Position numbers and translations under genes: made by a program. From Candidatus Bathyarchaeota archaeon (GTDB lineage Archaea > Thermoproteota > Bathyarchaeia > Bathyarchaeales > Bathycorpusculaceae): DNA of 64,000 nt. Position 1 is the stretch's first letter. Every line of letters starts with the position of its first letter. The stretch is taken from NCBI GenBank assembly GCA_963772455.1, contig CAVYXJ010000012.1, positions 176,652 through 240,651 of the forward strand, written 5' to 3'. The notes beneath the pieces were generated by a model, which worked only from the letters and a program-made list of their open reading frames with translations, made no database searches and had not been told where the DNA came from. Below, piece by piece: positions 11,191 to 21,401 of the stretch.

Positions 11191-12657
11191 TATATGTTTA
11201 TTTTTATCACTTTCGGTCTTTGCTTCAAAATCTTTTTCGGTACTATCTCTTTCTTCTTTGTATTCGCTTCGATCAGTGCCGGATTTTTCCTCAAAATCTT
11301 TTTTGTCACTATCCCTTTTTTCTTCGTAAGCTTTTTCTTTATTATCTCTTAGTTCTTCGAAGTCTTTTTTGTCAGTGTCAGTCTTTTCATCAAAAGCTTT
11401 TTCACGAATATCTCTTTGCTCTTTGTAGTCTCTTTCATTGGTATCTCTTATTTTTTCGAAATCCTGCTTTTCGCTGTCAGTTTTTTCTTCAAAAGCTTTT
11501 TCGGTTACATCTCTTTGTTCTTTATACTCGGCCCTATCACTGCCAGATTTTTCGTCAAAATCTTTTTGTTTAATGTCAGTTTGTTTATCGAAATCTTTTC
11601 TTTCTCTTTTTTCTTTTTGTTTATAGGCTTTGTTCAATATTTTTTCCTCAATAGTTCCTAATCCATAAACTTGGAAAAATACGAAAGAAGTTACAAATAC
11701 AAACCAGAAACCCGCAAAACCTGCTAGCAAACTTGAAGCTTGGGCCAATGAAATATTGATTCCCAGAACTTGATAAAGACCACTGGAAATTATTTGTGAG
11801 AAGCCCGAAAGTGCTATTCCTTGATTGCTAATCGTACTAACAATTGTATTTGTAATTACGACTTTATCTAATCCAGTGACTATTCCTAGCGCAACGAAAA
11901 CAAGATATAACGCTGCAATGCTGCAAACCCAGGCCATGGTTTGATGAAACAAGGGCTTAACCATGCTTTTTGGTTTTTTCTTAATAATCATTATTACGTC
12001 ATGGAAATTAGCGATTTGAGTAGTGATGTTTTCTTCAAAATCCCCGCTGGGTTTTTTACGCTTTATTTTTGCCATTATTCTAACGAGAAATTTAAGAAGC
12101 CTTTTTGTTACAGAAACATTTGTACTCAAATAAACTATTAACACAAGTGGCAGTGCAAAGAACAACATGGTTATTCCAATAGCTGTTAAAACCAGAGCAT
12201 TGACTGAATAAAACACAACCAAAAGAACCATCCCAATTATCAAGGATAATATGGTAACTAAGAGTTCAAGAATGTCTTTAACTATTACAGAAGCTGCTAC
12301 TTTTACTATATCTACGCCTTCATCTTTCCCCAGAAGATAAGTCATGAAGATATCTCCCGACCATCCTCCAACTATAATGCAGTCAAGAAAAGCACCGACT
12401 CGACCAAGACAAAATACTCTTTTGAATGTGGTTTTTACTGAAACGTTATCAAGGGTAGCCTTCCAAGCTAACGAATTGAATAATGCTTCACCTATGATAC
12501 ATAAGAAAACCAGAAAATAGATTGGAATACTTATACCGCTAATTATTACAGCAACTTTTGTAATATCTGTAAAGAAAAAAAGGTAGACAACAAAAATTAT
12601 GAAACCAATTATGGCTAGTAAACTAACCCATTTCTTAATTTCTGGTCTATTTGACAT
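11086..12657 (-). CDS. UPF0104/lysylphosphatidylglycerol-synthase TM-domain (flippase-like) protein with a C-terminal 12x11-aa charged repeat tail
   Basis: About 340 aa of TM helices with 'W…L….G.FL…..G..GD' pattern, followed by KDFEEKxDxxK-type 11-mers. Confidence 0.75.
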   Translation of the reverse strand: MSNRPEIKKWVSLLAIIGFIIFVVYLFFFTDITKVAVIISGISIPIYFLVFLCIIGEALFNSLAWKATLDNVSVKTTFKRVFCLGRVGAFLDCIIVGGWSGDIFMTYLLGKDEGVDIVKVAASVIVKDILELLVTILSLIIGMVLLVVFYSVNALVLTAIGITMLFFALPLVLIVYLSTNVSVTKRLLKFLVRIMAKIKRKKPSGDFEENITTQIANFHDVIMIIKKKPKSMVKPLFHQTMAWVCSIAALYLVFVALGIVTGLDKVVITNTIVSTISNQGIALSGFSQIISSGLYQVLGINISLAQASSLLAGFAGFWFVFVTSFVFFQVYGLGTIEEKILNKAYKQKEKRERKDFDKQTDIKQKDFDEKSGSDRAEYKEQRDVTEKAFEEKTDSEKQDFEKIRDTNERDYKEQRDIREKAFDEKTDTDKKDFEELRDNKEKAYEEKRDSDKKDFEEKSGTDRSEYKEERDSTEKDFEAKTESDKNKHIKRKGMRKKIFKEKMDKDKKDFKNNKAPENEKKVN

Positions 12658-12791
12658 TATTTAACAAATACCTAATTGTCTGTCCTATTAACTTACTGAT
12701 TTTGCATTATATTCACTTTAAGTTTACGTTTTGATTAAACGCTTCAGCTCATGTGAGTTTACAGTTTCTTAGGACAGATTTCATTGGTTGT

Positions 12792-13001
12792 TTAGGCTTT
12801 CTTTGGTTTTATACATAGTTTAACGTTGATTTCAACGGTGTATTCTTTGTCCACGTTTCCAACTGCAAAGTTCCAGTTCTTTACTTCAACATCCATGTCC
12901 TGAAAATGATTCATTAAAGTATCCTTATATTCGCTTACGGTCTGGCCTATTTTCTGCAACCGCTCAGTTATATCTATATTTTTATCAGTCATCAAAAACA
13001 C
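12792..13001 (-). CDS. small hypothetical protein
   Basis: 69-aa ORF, protein-like composition. Confidence 0.6.
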   Translation of the reverse strand: MFLMTDKNIDITERLQKIGQTVSEYKDTLMNHFQDMDVEVKNWNFAVGNVDKEYTVEINVKLCIKPKKA

Positions 13002-13235
13002 CTAAAATTATTATTCAACATAACAAATAACCTTCTTTATGCTTCTTAAGTTTATGTTGCTGGGAACTAACACCAACGTCTTAATTCAACCTTCCAGGTG
13101 CATGCACATTTTCTTTGAGAGCGCTTATCTCCTTTATTATCAATCCATGATTCTTTTTCAATGAAGTTGAAAGCATCCTCAGTAAAAGAAATCTTTAAAT
13201 TTAAATTGAAAAATAAGAATTTAAAAAAACATTAA

Positions 13236-13742
13236 TCAGAAATATTTCATAATGAAATCTCTAGCAGTCTTATGACTTGCCATGATTTCAACGATCTTTC
13301 TTGTAGCTTGAGTTAATTGCGTATCAAACAGTCTTGTTATAACCAGCGAAATCCCAAACACAAATACACCAAAGATAATTCCTGTGATAGCGTTTATTGT
13401 ACCTACTGAAAATATGAAAAGGAATGTAACTGCTGATCCAATAATTCCCATGATGAATGATCTTATAATGAAGTAGAGTCGATGCAACCACGTAGAAAAC
13501 AAAAGAACCTTTATCACAGCTCTTTTCTCAATCTCACTTTCAGTTCCATTGATATGCTTTGCTCCTATTTGTTGTAGAACGCTTCTTGCATAATGAATAT
13601 CTGCTAAATGCAATATTCTTTTTGCGTAACGAACGTCGGATAAATCCGTTGAACTTGCACATTCAAGCTCTGACAAAATCCTTTGCGCAATTTCATCTAT
13701 TATGGAATCTACTCTGTCTACTTTAGTAATTCTTGCAACCAT
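13236..13742 (-). CDS. hypothetical membrane protein (two C-terminal TM helices)
   Basis: 168-aa ATG ORF. Confidence 0.65.
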   Translation of the reverse strand: MVARITKVDRVDSIIDEIAQRILSELECASSTDLSDVRYAKRILHLADIHYARSVLQQIGAKHINGTESEIEKRAVIKVLLFSTWLHRLYFIIRSFIMGIIGSAVTFLFIFSVGTINAITGIIFGVFVFGISLVITRLFDTQLTQATRKIVEIMASHKTARDFIMKYF

Positions 13743-13972
13743 TGTCCCACCAGAGAAGAACCTGTGGATTTAAAGTGAAAAAGCAATTTCTCATAAACTA
13801 ATTCAACGTCTTTCTTATGTTAGAAGCTTCAAGTTCTCTTTTAAGTGTTCGTGACTGAGGACCCACAGCAACAAGTACCTAGTTAACTTTTTCATCTAAA
13901 AATGGTGGAAAAATGGGTAGGCTTCTAAAAATAAGTCAATCTCAATTTAGAAGGATCAAATTCAAAGTTCAT

Positions 13973-14305
13973 TTATGCTTTTCTGGTTAAAGCTACGATG
14001 AGTCCAAGTAATCCTCCTAAAATAACTAGTGTTCCTCCTAGTCCGCCGCCGATTATGCCCACTATTATGAGTACGATTGCCCAGACAAGAGTACTTGCAC
14101 TTCTAGCACCGATTATTGCAATGACACCGCAGATGATGCTGATGATACCACCCCCGAAGGCGAGGCTAGCGAAGCCCCAGCCCCAATAAAGGAACGAAGG
14201 TCCAAAAGAAGATCCAATTAGTGATATCAAACCAAAGAGTACCAGCAATATTCCTCCTATAAGGGCTAAGATGTAAGCTATTTGAGAAATTGATGTATCT
14301 GCCAT
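13973..14305 (-). CDS. Gly-rich small membrane protein
   Basis: Probable start MADTS preceded by a GGAGGTGA ribosome-binding site; hydrophobic throughout. Confidence 0.7.
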   Translation of the reverse strand: MADTSISQIAYILALIGGILLVLFGLISLIGSSFGPSFLYWGWGFASLAFGGGIISIICGVIAIIGARSASTLVWAIVLIIVGIIGGGLGGTLVILGGLLGLIVALTRKA

Positions 14306-14648
14306 ATACGAATTCACCTCCCTTACATAGTAAATAAGGGATTTAGAACTGTTCGAAAGCAACTTGCCGCCTGCATAACGTGAGTTCAGTTATTTTGACA
14401 AGAACTGAATTCTGTTATACAATCAGGACTTAGTTTGTGCCGCAAACAAAAATTCTATTGTTATTCTTTAGTTGAGCGCGAATAAAAAGGTTAGCCCTAA
14501 GTTAAATATTAAACAAGTATTAGGATCTAAATCTTTAGCTCTCAATGAATGGCTGATGTTTTGACTAATTCTTGGGAAGGTTGGAAAGAATTAATTTAGT
14601 TGAGAATAATATTATTTGGACAATGTTGCCTTGAGTTGGTAAAAGATA

Positions 14649-14816
14649 ATGAATACTCTCTCTATACTTCTGGTTGGTTTAGGTCTTTGGCTAATCATAG
14701 ACGGCGTTTTGAGTATAATTAAATATTCCGAGCAGAGTTTTCCTGAACAACTAATTAGAGCAATAAGGTTTACAATTGGAATTATAATAATCGTTGTGAG
14801 CATAGTTCAAAATTAA
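14649..14816 (+). CDS. 55-aa two-TM microprotein (not in the ORF track)
   Basis: Read manually: MNTLSILLVGLGLWLIIDGVLSIIKYSEQSFPEQLIRAIRFTIGIIIIVVSIVQN*. Confidence 0.55.
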   Translation: MNTLSILLVGLGLWLIIDGVLSIIKYSEQSFPEQLIRAIRFTIGIIIIVVSIVQN

Positions 14817-14961
14817 ATAAATCGTGTCGAAAATGTTTCAGTGCCTTGTTGGATTTTGGACTGAATTGGCTTGGAAAAAGTGATGTTCTAAAGCCAATTA
14901 TCTTTATATTCTTAAAATTACCCAATAATTATTGATCAGTTAGAAGTCGACGGTTGTTCTC

Positions 14962-15882
14962 ATGAATCTTTCTACCCATATAGTATTTGGTATAATTGTT
15001 GGAGCCCTATTGTTTGGCAAACCAGAAATAGCACTAATGGTTGGAATCGGCTCTGCAATTAATGACCTCGATCGAGAATACGGTTTCTTTAGCAAAGAAT
15101 CCTTTCGACGTCGACAAATTCACCGTGCACTATTTCATAATTTCTTGTTCATAGGTATAGTATATTTGATAAACCCTTTTTTTGGAATTGGAGCTTTTCT
15201 TCATTCATTTCTAGATTCATTCACAACAACAAGAGACAGAGGTGTTGAATGGCTATACCCTTTTTCAAGATTGGTGTCTAAAGCAGTTTATGATTCAGAC
15301 GGCAAAAAATTGCCTCTTGATCCAAAACATAAAATTTATTTTCTTTCCAATGACTTGCCCGGACTGACTCAAAGAACTACAAAAGATATCAAACCAGGCC
15401 AAACACCCGTTCCCAATAGACGAGTTTATGGTCCGGCTCTTTCGGGAAAGTTTCTTGACAGAAGTATTTTTTTTGGGTCTATTGCTCTTTTTTTCCTTTT
15501 GGTTCTTTTTTCTGTTCTTGGCTTGCGGCAGTTTATCGATTTAAGCTTTCAAAATATAACGCTTTCATTTACCCTTCCATTGCTTATAGTTTCGATAGGA
15601 ATCATTTTGAATTTTCTTGTCGGGGAACTTGACCGAAAAAACCAAGTTAAGACCAAGACAGATAGGCCATTCAAATTTTCGTTTGTCTTGACGATTGGAA
15701 TAATCATTTTTGGAATAGTTCTTGGAGGAATAATGAATCTCGCAGCTGTATCTAATGCGTTAAGTCTTTTGCCATATATTGCTATTGGAATAGTCGTTGT
15801 TGTTTTAGTCTCCTTAGGAGTATGGATCTTTTCTACGAGAGGTTTTTCTTTAGACAGCAAAAAAGAGCCACTCATCGTATAA
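14962..15882 (+). CDS. membrane-bound metal-dependent hydrolase (YdjM/DUF457-like)
   Basis: Motifs TH, GS..NDLD, HRALFHN, HSFLDSFT…G..W.YPF. Confidence 0.8.
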   Translation: MNLSTHIVFGIIVGALLFGKPEIALMVGIGSAINDLDREYGFFSKESFRRRQIHRALFHNFLFIGIVYLINPFFGIGAFLHSFLDSFTTTRDRGVEWLYPFSRLVSKAVYDSDGKKLPLDPKHKIYFLSNDLPGLTQRTTKDIKPGQTPVPNRRVYGPALSGKFLDRSIFFGSIALFFLLVLFSVLGLRQFIDLSFQNITLSFTLPLLIVSIGIILNFLVGELDRKNQVKTKTDRPFKFSFVLTIGIIIFGIVLGGIMNLAAVSNALSLLPYIAIGIVVVVLVSLGVWIFSTRGFSLDSKKEPLIV

Positions 15883-15967
15883 CAATAAAAATTTCTATAT
15901 TTTTTTATTAGCTTACAGCTTTGTTGCTGTTATCGCAAATTAGGAATTTTATTGAGTTGTCACCTTG

Positions 15968-16861
15968 TTATTTCTTCGGTAAAAGTTCAGCAAGTTCAAA
16001 AGTTGCTACGCTTATTGAGGTGTCTGCGCCTCCATAATAGATTAGAACTTTGTCATCCATTACAGCTTGTCCGCAACTGAAAACGACGTTGGGAACTTTT
16101 CCATAGCGTTCATAATCTTCTGTAGGGGTCAGAATTGGTTCTTCGGAGCGATAAAGAACTTGTTCAGGATTATTTTTGTCAAGTAATGCAACGCCCAGAG
16201 AGTAAACTCTGTCCACACTCACGCCATGATAGATTAGAAGCCAACCCTCGTTAACTAAAAAAGGTGGCCCGCCAGCACCCACTTTCCAGGAATCCCAGCC
16301 TTTTTCACGTGGACCCAAGATGTATTTTAATCCATGCCAAGTACTCAAGTCGCTAGACCGTGCGATGCAGAGATCAGGTTCCAATCTGTGAAACATTACG
16401 TAGTCGCCATTGAACTTTTGTGGAAATAGAACAGCATCTTTATTGTGGATTCCAGGGAAAGCCAAGATCCTTTCGCCCCAATTCCATTTTCGTTCTATAA
16501 AATCTTGGACGTTTATGGATGTTAACCCAATTTGATAGACTTGATGTTGAAAATGATTTCCAAAAGCAGTATAAGCCATGATTAGGGAATTGCCAAATAA
16601 ACTTAGCCGTGGATCCTCGCAACCTTGATTTTCTGTTTCATTCGAAGGGCTAAAAACAGGTAGGGGTAAGCGTTCATCAATAGTATAGCCATCTGAAGAA
16701 GCTGCTAATCCTATGCGTGAAATATTGTCAGTACCCATTGCTCTATAGAGAAGGTGGATACGGTTGTTAGCGGCAAAGACTGCAGCATTGAAGACTAAGC
16801 TTGATTCCCAAGCATGTGAACCTATGGGCTCAAGAATAGGATTATGCGAGTACCTGTTCAA
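15968..16861 (-). CDS. GH130-family glycoside phosphorylase/hydrolase (DUF377)
   Basis: NPIL.P, VFNAAV, LLYRA, GCEDPR, NKDAVLFP, YHGV, NVVFSCG, YYGGADT. Confidence 0.9.
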   Translation of the reverse strand: MNRYSHNPILEPIGSHAWESSLVFNAAVFAANNRIHLLYRAMGTDNISRIGLAASSDGYTIDERLPLPVFSPSNETENQGCEDPRLSLFGNSLIMAYTAFGNHFQHQVYQIGLTSINVQDFIERKWNWGERILAFPGIHNKDAVLFPQKFNGDYVMFHRLEPDLCIARSSDLSTWHGLKYILGPREKGWDSWKVGAGGPPFLVNEGWLLIYHGVSVDRVYSLGVALLDKNNPEQVLYRSEEPILTPTEDYERYGKVPNVVFSCGQAVMDDKVLIYYGGADTSISVATFELAELLPKK

Positions 16862-16895
16862 TCGTTATCTCTCCAATCGTGCCCTTGCTTTGAAG

Positions 16896-17270
16896 TTACA
16901 GTCCACTAAGCTCATCTAATATATGTCTAACGGATATCAGCCCAACTAGTTTTCCTTCTTTGTCAATCACTGGAAGATGCCGAATCTTAGCAGATACGAT
17001 TATGCTTTTTGCTTCTTGAAAAATCGAATCTACGTCAACTGTAAAAGGATTTTTAGTCATAACTTTTTCTACCGGTGCATCTAAAGGCATATTTTGCGCC
17101 ACAATCCTAATTGCGTCTCGTTCAGTGAAAATACCTATGCATTGCTCCTCATCATTGATAATCACTACGGATCCTACGTGCCTTTTGAAAAGAAGCTCAA
17201 TTGCATCTCTAGCAGGAAGGGTTCCATTTGCAGTAACTACATCTCTTAACATTAAATCTCGGGTATTCAT
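16896..17270 (-). CDS. CBS-domain pair protein
   Basis: GIFTERD and HLPVID..GKLVGLIS motifs. Confidence 0.9.
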   Translation of the reverse strand: MNTRDLMLRDVVTANGTLPARDAIELLFKRHVGSVVIINDEEQCIGIFTERDAIRIVAQNMPLDAPVEKVMTKNPFTVDVDSIFQEAKSIIVSAKIRHLPVIDKEGKLVGLISVRHILDELSGL

Positions 17271-17364
17271 ACCGACTAATCTCCTTCTTTAAAATGGATC
17301 TACGAATTAATAAATGAAATAAGAAATATTATTTAACTTGAAGAGTAATCGCTCAATTTTTGGA

Positions 17365-18438
17365 TTATTTTTGCATTATTCTTAACAGATTCTTTTGTTG
17401 ATTTAACTCTTCTAAGTTTAGGCGGGCTTGGAGATAAGATAGGGTTGCTTCAGCGCCTTTGTTTTGATTTAATCCCTGAGGTGTTATGCCGTCGCAGCAA
17501 CTCCCGTTTTCTTGATTGTACAATGTTAGACCCTGCAAATTTCCACCGAAATACCATTCAAATGCTTGGTGGGCTGCTTCCAGGTAAGTTTCCTTGTTGG
17601 TGTTTCTAAAAGCTGCAATTGCCGCTTCTGTTGTACATGCTGCTTCCACGGATTGTTGGTCGTAGATGGCTCGTTCAGATCCTTTCTTATACCAACCACG
17701 ATTTCCTATTGGAACGAATACTTTGTCTATCGTTTGGGTTTTTATTAGAAATTTTATGGATTTTGATGCTACTTGTAAGTAGGTATCTTTTCCTGTTGCT
17801 TCGTAGGCTAAGAAAAGCGAATGTGGTAATCGTGCATTACAGTATGTAAGATATGATTCAAACCAATCCCATCCTTCTGAAGATTCGAGTTCAAATTGTT
17901 CAGTTAGCTCTTTTGCGAAAATATTGATGTTTACTTTGACATTTTGGTCTTCTGGATAAGCTTTCAGGTAATGAAATAATCCCATAATTGAATATGCTTT
18001 TGCTCTTGGTGATGTGAAGTTTGAAGTCCAGCAAAAAAGTTTGTCAAAAACCTCTTTGGAGAGAAGTTTTGTTTCTTCAGGCAATTTTGAGTTTAAACAG
18101 TATCCACATGCCCAGAGTGTTCGACCCATACAATCCTCTGAACCTATTTCATCTAAAAGCTGGCGATCATAACTGAGGAAGTTGTGCATTTTGCCGTCAG
18201 ATCTTTGCATGTAGAGCAATAAGCTCAGATAAGTGTCAATTAGTTTCTTAACACTTAGATCGTTAAACAACATAAAGTAATTTGTAGATGCAATAAGAGC
18301 TCGTGCGTTGTCATCTGTTGCGTATCCTTCTTTTTTATTGGGTGTTGCATATTTCGAATGCTGGAGCATTCCAACATCGTCAGTTAATGTTCTGACAAAA
18401 TCTAGGTTTATTGGAAGAATTGGCAAAATTGAGCTCAC
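17365..18438 (-). CDS. six-hairpin glycosidase-like protein of the type usually fused to GT4
   Basis: LTDDVGMLQH, GYATDDNARAL, WFE..LTY.NARLP, DQQ.VEA, NQNKGAEATL. Confidence 0.8.
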   Translation of the reverse strand: MSSILPILPINLDFVRTLTDDVGMLQHSKYATPNKKEGYATDDNARALIASTNYFMLFNDLSVKKLIDTYLSLLLYMQRSDGKMHNFLSYDRQLLDEIGSEDCMGRTLWACGYCLNSKLPEETKLLSKEVFDKLFCWTSNFTSPRAKAYSIMGLFHYLKAYPEDQNVKVNINIFAKELTEQFELESSEGWDWFESYLTYCNARLPHSLFLAYEATGKDTYLQVASKSIKFLIKTQTIDKVFVPIGNRGWYKKGSERAIYDQQSVEAACTTEAAIAAFRNTNKETYLEAAHQAFEWYFGGNLQGLTLYNQENGSCCDGITPQGLNQNKGAEATLSYLQARLNLEELNQQKNLLRIMQK

Positions 18439-19603
18439 TCGTTCTTCTCAGTTATTGCATTAATGAGGTCTATGTATTTTCTAGCCACATTTTTCCAGAG
18501 GAAGCGTCGACTATATTTGTAAGCTCTTTTTTGAACCTCACTTCGGAAGTTCTCGTCCAAAAGTCTGTTTATGCCTTCAGCAATCGAAGCTGAATCCTCA
18601 AATTTGCACAATATCCCTCTTTCCTTGTCCAAGACCTCTATTGCGTGATAATATGGAGTAGACACTACAGCTTTTCCAGCACCAAGAGCATAGATAAGAG
18701 TGCCACTGCTGATTTGGTTGGGGGAAATGTAAGGCGTTATGTAAATGTCGGTTGCTTGAAGGAACTTGATTAATTCACGTTTTGTAATGAATCTATTCGT
18801 GAATCTGACGTGCTCTTCCAATCCAAGTTCACTAACAAGCTTCGTTAGTTCATTTCGGTATTTTTCACCCTCATTTTTTCTAACTTCAGGGTGAGTTTCT
18901 CCGATTATGAGATAAATTATTCGCGGTTCTTTTTTAATAACCTCGGGGAGAGCTCGAATAGCATATTCAATTCCTTTGCCGCTGCTTATTAGAGCCGAAA
19001 GTGGAAGCAACCAGACGATGCTCAAGACCGAGTGATTCCTTGATTGATTTGTTGTTTGTGCAATCAATGCTTGGGCAACCGTGTGGAATGACAATGCATT
19101 TCTTGTAAGGTATTCCTTGGCGTTTTAGCATGTCGATTGCGGCGTGCGCTATCACAATAATTGCTTCGCTTCTTTCAACTAAGTATTTTAGGACTTCAAT
19201 TGCTTTTTCGTCAAAATTAGGTTGCACGGTGTGAAGGGTTGTTATTACTGGTTTTTTGACATTGTCTAAGAAAAGTTTAATGTGTTTACCATAGTCGCCT
19301 CCGTAGAGGCCGAACTCATGTTGAACAACTAATATCTGGATGTTTGATGAGTTTACGTATTCGGCTGCCTTAACGTAGTCTTCGGCGTCGTCTCGATCAA
19401 TGTTCCATTTGACTCGCCTGTCGTAATCGTAAAGTGCGCCTTTTTCATTTATGGCAATTACAGAATGCTTAAACCCATTCAAGTCACAATATGGCATCAA
19501 TTAGGTCTTTTGTAAAGTTTGCAATGCCGCATTCTCTTGGTGGGTAAGTGCTAAAATACCCAATTCGCTTTGTGCTACTATTCAAAACAGTTTTCTGAAG
19601 CAT
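18435..19603 (-). CDS. GT4 glycosyltransferase, frameshifted twice
   Basis: STYPPRECGIANFT, QHEFGLYGG, TTLHTV, IPHG, KGIEYAI.ALP, QISSGTL. Confidence 0.85.
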
Positions 19604-20008
19604 TTAAATTAACTCACTTTTTCTAATGTTAAATCACCCAAAAACTCCCGTTTTGCAATTCAGGAGAGTTGAAGATTTCTCAAGATCAACCAATTTTCAG
19701 TTTCAACAGGGATGGTATGACGGAATTTCTAGTTGAAGCTCTGAATAATTGCTTGTCTGTTTCAATACTTACCAATCTGACCTTTATGTCTGTTGCGTCT
19801 GCTCTCAAGCTATTTTTATAAAGAAAAAGCGCTACAAGTTTTCTTATGATTTTCTATATTTTCTATATTTTTTAAAAGAGTCAACAGAAGATTTGCATTA
19901 ATTTTGCTTGAAAAATCTCGAGTTTGTGACTGTAGACTACCAGTCACTACAATTAATATTCTATTGAAAGCTATGTACACACATTCAATTCTGCCAGAGT
20001 GATTATAT

Positions 20009-20263
20009 TTGAAAAAGAAATTAAGTGGACAATGCATTTGCGGCTATTTTTTTGGCACTTTTGATAATGTTAAAGAAGCAATAGTCAAGGTCAAATTACA
20101 TTTCAAAAGCTATCATGAAGACTTTCTTCCTTTTGGAATTACTGACGCTGAAGCCTTGGCTTTGTTAAAGAAAGGAATGTCTCATGGAAAGAAAATAGTT
20201 TGTTCAAACAATTCTTGTCATTTCAAGCAAAATCGTCGAATTGTTCAACAAATTACTAATTAG
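20009..20263 (+). CDS. small putative zinc-binding protein (CxC…Hx4H)
   Basis: QCICGY…LHFKSYH. Confidence 0.55.
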   Translation: MKKKLSGQCICGYFFGTFDNVKEAIVKVKLHFKSYHEDFLPFGITDAEALALLKKGMSHGKKIVCSNNSCHFKQNRRIVQQITN

Positions 20264-20854
20264 TTTAAGCGAAAAAGACATTCAAATTTAGGCAGTTAGT
20301 TTCGCTTTGTTTTTCTGGTCCCAATGCTCAGGTATTCTCGACCAAAACAAGAGACTCTTTACTTTAGTCTATCTGGATGTTGGCAAACGTTGTCAGGAGA
20401 ATTCTTCGGAATCCTCATGCGCTTCAATTTGAAGAAGGATTACAACGATTACATTTCTCGAGACATCATGAAAAAAATTAGTAGCAGCTAATGTGTAACT
20501 ATTAGAGTTTTGTTGCCCCATTCGAGCATTCCACCTTTTTCATAAGAATTTTCTTAACTGAATCAATGTTGACTTAGAAGTTTTTTGAGCGGACCTACAT
20601 ACGCTATTAAAACGCGAACATCCGAAAAGATACGTTGCTTACATACCGTTCGCGTCCAGTTTAGCGCTGATCCGCCAAAAGCTAATTGACATTAGCTATA
20701 TTTTGGATAAATAACTTTGTGACTGGAAACCAACAGCTACAAGATTTTTTTTCTTAGTCCCTTTTGTTGGTGGAGACTTACACAAACAAGACAATTAATG
20801 TTAGAAATTAAATATGTTCTTCTATTGAAGAATGAGAGGAGGTTTTAGGGTTTA

Positions 20855-21079
20855 ATGGTTGAGAAGAGAGTTGAGAAAATCCAGAAACTAATATCTGAGT
20901 CGGATGAAATCCCACGAACTTTGGAAAACAAAAATGTTCTTTTAGATAAGCAGTTGAAGGGACATTTGCCAGTTGTTTGTTGTGAATGTGGAGCTGAAAT
21001 ATTATTAGTTCCAGATTTAAAGGCAATGGATCTCGCTATCGAAGCTCATGTTTCTGAACATAGAGGAAAAGAAAGATAA
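20855..21079 (+). CDS. small putative zinc-binding protein (CxC…Hx3H)
   Basis: CECGAEILLVPDLKAM..AIEAHVSEH; paralogue at 42356. Confidence 0.65.
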   Translation: MVEKRVEKIQKLISESDEIPRTLENKNVLLDKQLKGHLPVVCCECGAEILLVPDLKAMDLAIEAHVSEHRGKER

Positions 21080-21168
21080 AGTTGAGGGAAAAGAAAGTGC
21101 TTCTGGAAGAATTAGTCTATTGCTTGGTCAACTTACGCTTAAAAAAGTGGGTGAAATGAGTGATTCCG

Positions 21169-21401
21169 AGTTTTCTGGTAGCATTAATAATGTTGAAAGT
21201 GACCAAGAATTTTAAATACGCTTGCACATAATAATATTATTGAATAACGGATGACGAACGATAAAACACGAACTGTGCTTTTTGAAAGTTTTCTGGTAAG
21301 CATTAATAATTTTGAAAGTGACCAAGAATTTTAAATACACTTGCACAAATTATATTATTGAATAACGGATGACGAACGATGAAAACACTGAACTGTTGCT
21401 T
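21169..21401 (+). repeat. tandem duplication (about 115 bp) of the trmB promoter and first codons
   Basis: 21169-21281 aligns with 21287-21401; each unit has TTTAAATA and GGATGACGAACGAT. Confidence 0.85.

Noticed and set aside
11074-11661. Several Phe/Ser-rich plus-strand ORFs
   Set aside because: They are antisense shadows of the Lys/Glu/Asp repeat tail.
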